From assembly GCA_905234005.1 (NCBI GenBank), contig CAJOFW010000001.1:1-36406 (forward strand): a DNA stretch of 36,406 nt, written 5' to 3'. The notes under the pieces were generated by a model. It worked only from the letters and a program-made list of their open reading frames with translations. It was not told where the DNA came from and made no database searches. Shown one piece after another: positions 32,186-36,406 of the stretch; position 1 is the first letter of the stretch; each line of letters starts with the position of its first letter. The DNA is from an uncultured Oscillospiraceae bacterium. GTDB taxonomy: Bacteria; Bacillota; Clostridia; Oscillospirales; Oscillospiraceae. Both the position numbers and the translations under genes were made by a program.

Positions 32186-33462
32186 GTCGTCTCGCCCCCC
32201 TCCTTAACCGGCAGACGCCGGGCGGTCAGCTTGCGGATGCGGTGGCGGCGCACGTCGGACAGCGTGAACTCGAGGCCGTGGTACGTGAAGCTGTCACGCT
32301 GGGAGGGCAGCAGCGGAAAGTGCTCGAGCGCCCACTCGTTTAGGGATTTGTGGATCAGCGTCTCGTCGTCCTCGGGGTCGTCGAAATCGAGCAGCTCGAA
32401 CGCCTCGGCGACGTCCAGCCCGGCGTCCAGCTCGTACCGTCCGCCGCCCAGGGGCCGGAACAGCTCCTCCGGCTCGTCCTCCTCGTCGTAGATCTCGCCG
32501 ACAAGCTCCTCGAGGATGTCCTCCACCGTCACGACGCCGAGGGTGCCGCCCCACGCGTCCGTGACGATGGCCATGTTCTGCTTCTTGCGGCTCATCTCGG
32601 GCAGAAGGTCGTCGACCTTCGCCGTCGCGGGCACGAAAAACGGCGCGTCCAGAAGCTCCCGCAGGACGAGGGCGTCGCCCTCCCGCAGCCAGGCACGGAT
32701 ATACCGGCGTATCTGCAGCACGCCGATGATGTTGTCGATGTGCTCCTCGTAGACGGGCATGCGGCTGTGCCGCTGCTCGCGGATGAACGCGGTGATCCGG
32801 TCGGCCGGCCACGACGCGTCCACCGCCGCCATGTCCACGCGGGCGGTCAGGACGTGCTCGACCGTGATGTCGCCGAACTCGAGGGCGTTCTGCACAAGAC
32901 CGGCCTGCTCCTCGTCGAGACGGCCGGCGTCGGACATATCCTCGACGATGTCGTACAGCTCGTCCTCCGTGACGGAGACCGCGCCGTCGCCCTTCGTGTG
33001 CCGGGCGGCGGCCTCCCCGATCGCGGCGAGAAGACGCGCCAGCGGGCCGAAAACACGCATAAAAAAGCAGAGCGGCCCCGCGGTGCGCAGGCACAGCCGC
33101 TCACTGTATTTTTTGGCGACGGATTTCGGGAGCATCTCGCCGAACAGAAACAGCACCAGCGTCGTAGCCGCCGCGCCCCACACGGCCGCGCCGGCGCCCC
33201 AGCGCGTCGTGACGAGCACCGTCACGACGGCGGCGGCGGTCAGATGCGTGATGTTCGTGCCGATGAGGATCGTGGTTATGGCGCGGTCGATGTTGTCGAG
33301 CACGTACAGCGCCCGCTTCGCGCCGGGGTCGCCCCTGTCCTGCCGCGCCTTCAGCCGCGCCCGGGAAGCGGACGCGAACGCCGTCTCGGCGGCGGCGAAA
33401 AATATGGCGCAGGCCAGAAGCACGGCCAGCGCGGCGACGGACAGCCAACTGCCATCGTCCAT
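32182..33462 (-). CDS. CNNM/CorC/HlyC-family transporter, tandem paralog
   Basis: Same architecture (MAIVTDAWGGTLGVVTVEDILEELVGEI). Its stop overlaps the downstream start. Confidence 0.85.
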   Translation of the reverse strand: MDDGSWLSVAALAVLLACAIFFAAAETAFASASRARLKARQDRGDPGAKRALYVLDNIDRAITTILIGTNITHLTAAAVVTVLVTTRWGAGAAVWGAAATTLVLFLFGEMLPKSVAKKYSERLCLRTAGPLCFFMRVFGPLARLLAAIGEAAARHTKGDGAVSVTEDELYDIVEDMSDAGRLDEEQAGLVQNALEFGDITVEHVLTARVDMAAVDASWPADRITAFIREQRHSRMPVYEEHIDNIIGVLQIRRYIRAWLREGDALVLRELLDAPFFVPATAKVDDLLPEMSRKKQNMAIVTDAWGGTLGVVTVEDILEELVGEIYDEEDEPEELFRPLGGGRYELDAGLDVAEAFELLDFDDPEDDETLIHKSLNEWALEHFPLLPSQRDSFTYHGLEFTLSDVRRHRIRKLTARRLPVKEGGETT

Positions 33463-33666
33463 GGAGGAAAACCACCTCGCAATATGTCTATAATATGTAA
33501 TTCACATTATTTTATCACGAATGCGCCCGCTCGTCAACGCCCTGTGTGCCCCGCCGGGAAACCGCCGCGAAAAGACGCCTGACCGATTTTGCGAAAGCTG
33601 TTGCCAAAGCGATCCGATTATGTTAACATAGGCTGTATCATTCTGTCATATCCGGGAGGCTCTTCG

Positions 33667-34788
33667 ATGGCAATCGAACGGAGGACCTCGGCGGTCGTCC
33701 ACACGGAACGGCTCGCCGCGAACATCGAGAACATCCGCCGCCGGCTCGCGCCGGGCGCGGAGATCATCGCCGTGCTCAAGGCGGACGCCTACGGCCACGG
33801 CATCGAGAACATCTATCCCACGCTCCGGGACGCCGGCGTGCGGCGGTACGCCGTGGCGCTCTGGGAGGAGGGCGCGGCCCTGCGGCGGGCCGGGGCCGAA
33901 ACCGAGAGCATCCTTCTGCTCGGCGACACCTGGGACGGCTCTCTGGGCGAGCTTATCCAATGGCGGCTCACGCCGACGATCTTCGCCGTGGAGACGGCGG
34001 AGAAATTAAACGCGCTCGCGGCGGCGGCCGGGGTCGTCCAGCCGATCCAGCTCAAGATCGACACGGGCATGCACCGCATCGGCTTCCCGGCCGGGCCGGC
34101 GTGCTTCGAGGCGGTCGAACGCGTCGCGGCGATGGAGCACCTCTCCATCGAGGGCGCGTTCACGCACTACCCCTGCGCCGACGACGACGAGGCGCTGACA
34201 CGGGCGCAGCTCAAGTCGTTTCTCGATACGGTTTCGGCGCTGCGGGCACGGGGCGTCGCCATACCGTTTCTGCACAGCGCCGGCAGTCCCTCGCTTCTTC
34301 TGCACCCGTGGGCGCACCTCGACGGCGTCCGGGTCGGCGACCTGCTGTACGGCCTCAGTCCGTTCGACGATGAGACCGAATACCGCGCCATGGGCTTTCA
34401 GGAGGTCATGACGTGGCACACCTACGCCGCCCTCGTGAAGGACGTCGCCGCCGGGGAACGCGTCGGCTACGGCGGCACGTACACCGCGCCGCGTGATATC
34501 CGGCTCGCTACGCTGCCCGTCGGCTTCGCGGACGGCTACAGCCGCCGCCTGTCGAACATCGGCAGCGTGATCATCCGCGGGCAGGAGGCGCCGATACGCG
34601 GCCGCGTCTGCATGGATCAGATGATGGTCGACGTGACCGACATCCCCGGCGTGCGGCGCGGCGACGAGGTGACGCTGCTCGGCGGGCCGATGAACGCCAC
34701 CCGCATGGCGGCGCTGAGCGGCCTGAGCATCGACGAGGTCGTCTGCAATATCTCCCGCCGCGTCCCCCGCGTCCGCGACGGGGCGTGA
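33667..34788 (+). CDS. alr: alanine racemase
   Basis: VLKADAYGHG PLP-lysine motif. About 373 aa. The ATG at 33667 follows GGGAGG. Confidence 0.9.
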   Translation: MAIERRTSAVVHTERLAANIENIRRRLAPGAEIIAVLKADAYGHGIENIYPTLRDAGVRRYAVALWEEGAALRRAGAETESILLLGDTWDGSLGELIQWRLTPTIFAVETAEKLNALAAAAGVVQPIQLKIDTGMHRIGFPAGPACFEAVERVAAMEHLSIEGAFTHYPCADDDEALTRAQLKSFLDTVSALRARGVAIPFLHSAGSPSLLLHPWAHLDGVRVGDLLYGLSPFDDETEYRAMGFQEVMTWHTYAALVKDVAAGERVGYGGTYTAPRDIRLATLPVGFADGYSRRLSNIGSVIIRGQEAPIRGRVCMDQMMVDVTDIPGVRRGDEVTLLGGPMNATRMAALSGLSIDEVVCNISRRVPRVRDGA

Positions 34789-34806
34789 CAGGGGCTTTTC
34801 GGCGGC

Positions 34807-34835
34807 TTTACAATTTCGCCGGCGTGTGGTATAGT
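34807..34835 (+). promoter_or_regulatory. strong extended -10 promoter of the ATP-grasp gene
   Basis: TTTACA, 17-nt spacer ending in TGg, then TATAGT. Confidence 0.65.
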
Positions 34836-34887
34836 TTCATGCGCCGTCCGGGATACTACAGGTTGCCCGGCGCGGCCGCCATACCGG

Positions 34888-34917
34888 CACACACTGTATA
34901 CACACACACTGTATACA
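34888..34917. promoter_or_regulatory. tandem 15-bp repeat, each unit containing the palindrome TGTATACA (operator candidate in the 5' UTR)
   Basis: CACACACTGTATACA occurs twice head to tail (34888..34902 and 34903..34917). Confidence 0.45.
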
Positions 34918-34974
34918 AAAGTATGCATCACCTGCATACAAAACTATATATCGGATCATCAACGGGAGAACAAT

Positions 34975-35997
34975 ATGGGCTTTGCGAAATATTACATGCG
35001 TGTCGTCTCCGGCATGAGCTTCAAAAAATTCAACACCATCCTCGAACGGGCGCACAAGGCGTCGGGGCGCAGCAAGCTCTGGCTGACGAAGGACATCATC
35101 CACTGCGGACTCAAATTCGGCGGCGGCTACAACGACTACATGGCCTTCGGCTGGTGGGACTTAAACGACGAGCAGCGCTCCACCTACGTCACCCGCGTCG
35201 TATCGAAAAAGCTCGTGACGCTCTTAAACGACGAGAGCCAGTCGCATTTCTTCGACGACAAGGAGCAGTTTTACACGCTGTTTCACGACTACATCGGCCG
35301 CGAGTTCCTGAACTTCCGCACGGCGAAGAAGGAGGAGGTACGGGCGTTTGTCGAGCGGCATCCGGTCATCTTCCAGAAGCCCGCCCACGGCTCGTGCGGC
35401 CGGGGCTGTTCGCGGTTTGATTCGCGTCAATTCGAGAGCTTCGACGCGTTCTACGACGAGCTGAAGGCGCAGGACGCGTGGCTGATCGAGGAGGTGCTGC
35501 GCCAGCACCCCGATCAGGAGGCCGTCTACCCGAACGCGATGAACTGCATGCGCCTCATCACGCTCGTGGACTCGCAGAACGGCGAGCCGCACGTCATCTA
35601 CGCGACGCAGAAATTCGGCCTGAACGGCCGCGTCGTCGACAACTACGGCTTCGGCTGCCGGGTCGACCTCGAGACCGGCGTCGTGTGCTCCCCCGGCGTG
35701 TCCGGCGACGCGACCGAGGCCGTCGTCTACACCGAGCACCCGCTCACGCATATGCCGATCCCCGGCCACAAAATCCCGATGTTCCACGAGGCGTGCGAGA
35801 TGGTCAAACGCGCCGCCCTCGTCGTGCCGGGTATGCGCTACATCGGCTGGGACGTCGGCATCACCCCGGACGGCCCCGCCATCGTCGAGGGCAACAACTA
35901 CTGCGCCCACGATTTCTGGCAGCTCCCCGCCCAGACCCCCGAAAAAACCGGTATGCTCCCGGTCTTCGAGAAGTACGTCCCGGAATTTCACAGATAA
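34975..35997 (+). CDS. ATP-grasp protein of the sugar-transfer-associated (ATPgrasp_ST) type
   Basis: FFDDKEQFYTLF..., KPAHGSCGRG, MRLITL, GWDVGITPDGPAIVEGN match this ATP-grasp subgroup as I remember it. GGGAGAA RBS. Confidence 0.65.
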   Translation: MGFAKYYMRVVSGMSFKKFNTILERAHKASGRSKLWLTKDIIHCGLKFGGGYNDYMAFGWWDLNDEQRSTYVTRVVSKKLVTLLNDESQSHFFDDKEQFYTLFHDYIGREFLNFRTAKKEEVRAFVERHPVIFQKPAHGSCGRGCSRFDSRQFESFDAFYDELKAQDAWLIEEVLRQHPDQEAVYPNAMNCMRLITLVDSQNGEPHVIYATQKFGLNGRVVDNYGFGCRVDLETGVVCSPGVSGDATEAVVYTEHPLTHMPIPGHKIPMFHEACEMVKRAALVVPGMRYIGWDVGITPDGPAIVEGNNYCAHDFWQLPAQTPEKTGMLPVFEKYVPEFHR

Positions 35998-36055
35998 TGC
36001 CTTTCCCGAAGAAACGGAATAAGAAACAGCAAAACAGAAATGGTAAAATAATAAG

Positions 36056-36093
36056 CACAGGGCCGTTCCGAACGGAGCGGCCCTGTGTTTTTT
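36056..36093. terminator. terminator between the convergent ATP-grasp and Rrf2 genes
   Basis: CACAGGGCCG-N12-CGGCCCTGTG followed by TTTTTT. Confidence 0.85.
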
Positions 36094-36100
36094 GAGCGGA

Positions 36101-36406
36101 TCATATGACGTAGTTGTCCCCCGGCGCGCCGGTCTGGACGAGATCGGCGATCGTGTAGCGGTCGAGATATTCGTTGATGACGCGGTCGAGTCCCTGCCAC
36201 ATCTCCAGCGTGCGGCAGTTCACGGCCTGGTCGCACAACGGCGCGCCCGGCTCGAGACACGCCACCGGCGCGAGCGTTCCCTCCGTCATGCGCAGGATGA
36301 AGCCGACGGTGCAGCGCTCCGGCGGCATGATGAAGCGGTAGCCGCCGCCCTTGCCGCGCAGACCGGAGAGCACGCCGCCCTTGACGAGCAGCTTCATGAT
36401 GCTCTC
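36101..36406 (-). CDS. Rrf2-family transcriptional regulator, N-terminus beyond the window
   Basis: LVKGGVLSGLRGKGGGYRF (wing), then three Cys (CLEPGAPLCDQAVNC) typical of Fe-S-binding Rrf2 proteins. The ORF runs off the window end. Confidence 0.8.
   Translation of the reverse strand, partial: ESIMKLLVKGGVLSGLRGKGGGYRFIMPPERCTVGFILRMTEGTLAPVACLEPGAPLCDQAVNCRTLEMWQGLDRVINEYLDRYTIADLVQTGAPGDNYVI

Overview
High-GC (roughly 65% by eye) Firmicutes/Clostridia-type chromosomal segment; SLH and GerMN proteins and pepP-efp synteny suggest an Oscillospiraceae-like gut anaerobe (inference). I call 34 protein genes. No rRNA, tRNA, CRISPR array, transposase or integrase is visible. Left to right: (1) a ~1-kb low-GC two-gene islet (zinc-ribbon membrane protein + XRE regulator) bracketed by a duplicated terminator hairpin. 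(2) A small ORF behind a structured leader with mutually exclusive hairpins. (3) A LysR-associated catabolic locus (MFS transporter, Isf-like flavoprotein, Zn-ADH, Fe-S enoate-reductase-family flavoenzyme, PhlG/phloretin-hydrolase-like protein) that looks like polyphenol/flavonoid degradation. (4) A binding-protein-less Opp/Nik-type ABC importer tightly coupled to a MoxR AAA+/VWA pair. (5) A GPH symporter. (6) Envelope genes (SLH protein, DD-carboxypeptidase, ComEA). (7) An OmpR/HK/GerMN-lipoprotein operon. (8) pepP-efp and an acidic zinc-ribbon protein. (9) pheA preceded by a Phe-rich leader peptide and terminator. (10) A corC-corC-acyltransferase-PAP2 operon, alr, an ATP-grasp gene and a partial Rrf2 regulator. 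The most unusual signal is a ~120-nt structured repeat present five times. Every copy is co-oriented with local transcription, and in all four intact copies the terminal hairpin incorporates the stop codon of the upstream gene. One copy shows compensatory base-pair swaps; another is permuted and supplies the 3' end of an ORF. All protein calls rest on motif recognition from the supplied translations; no database search was possible.
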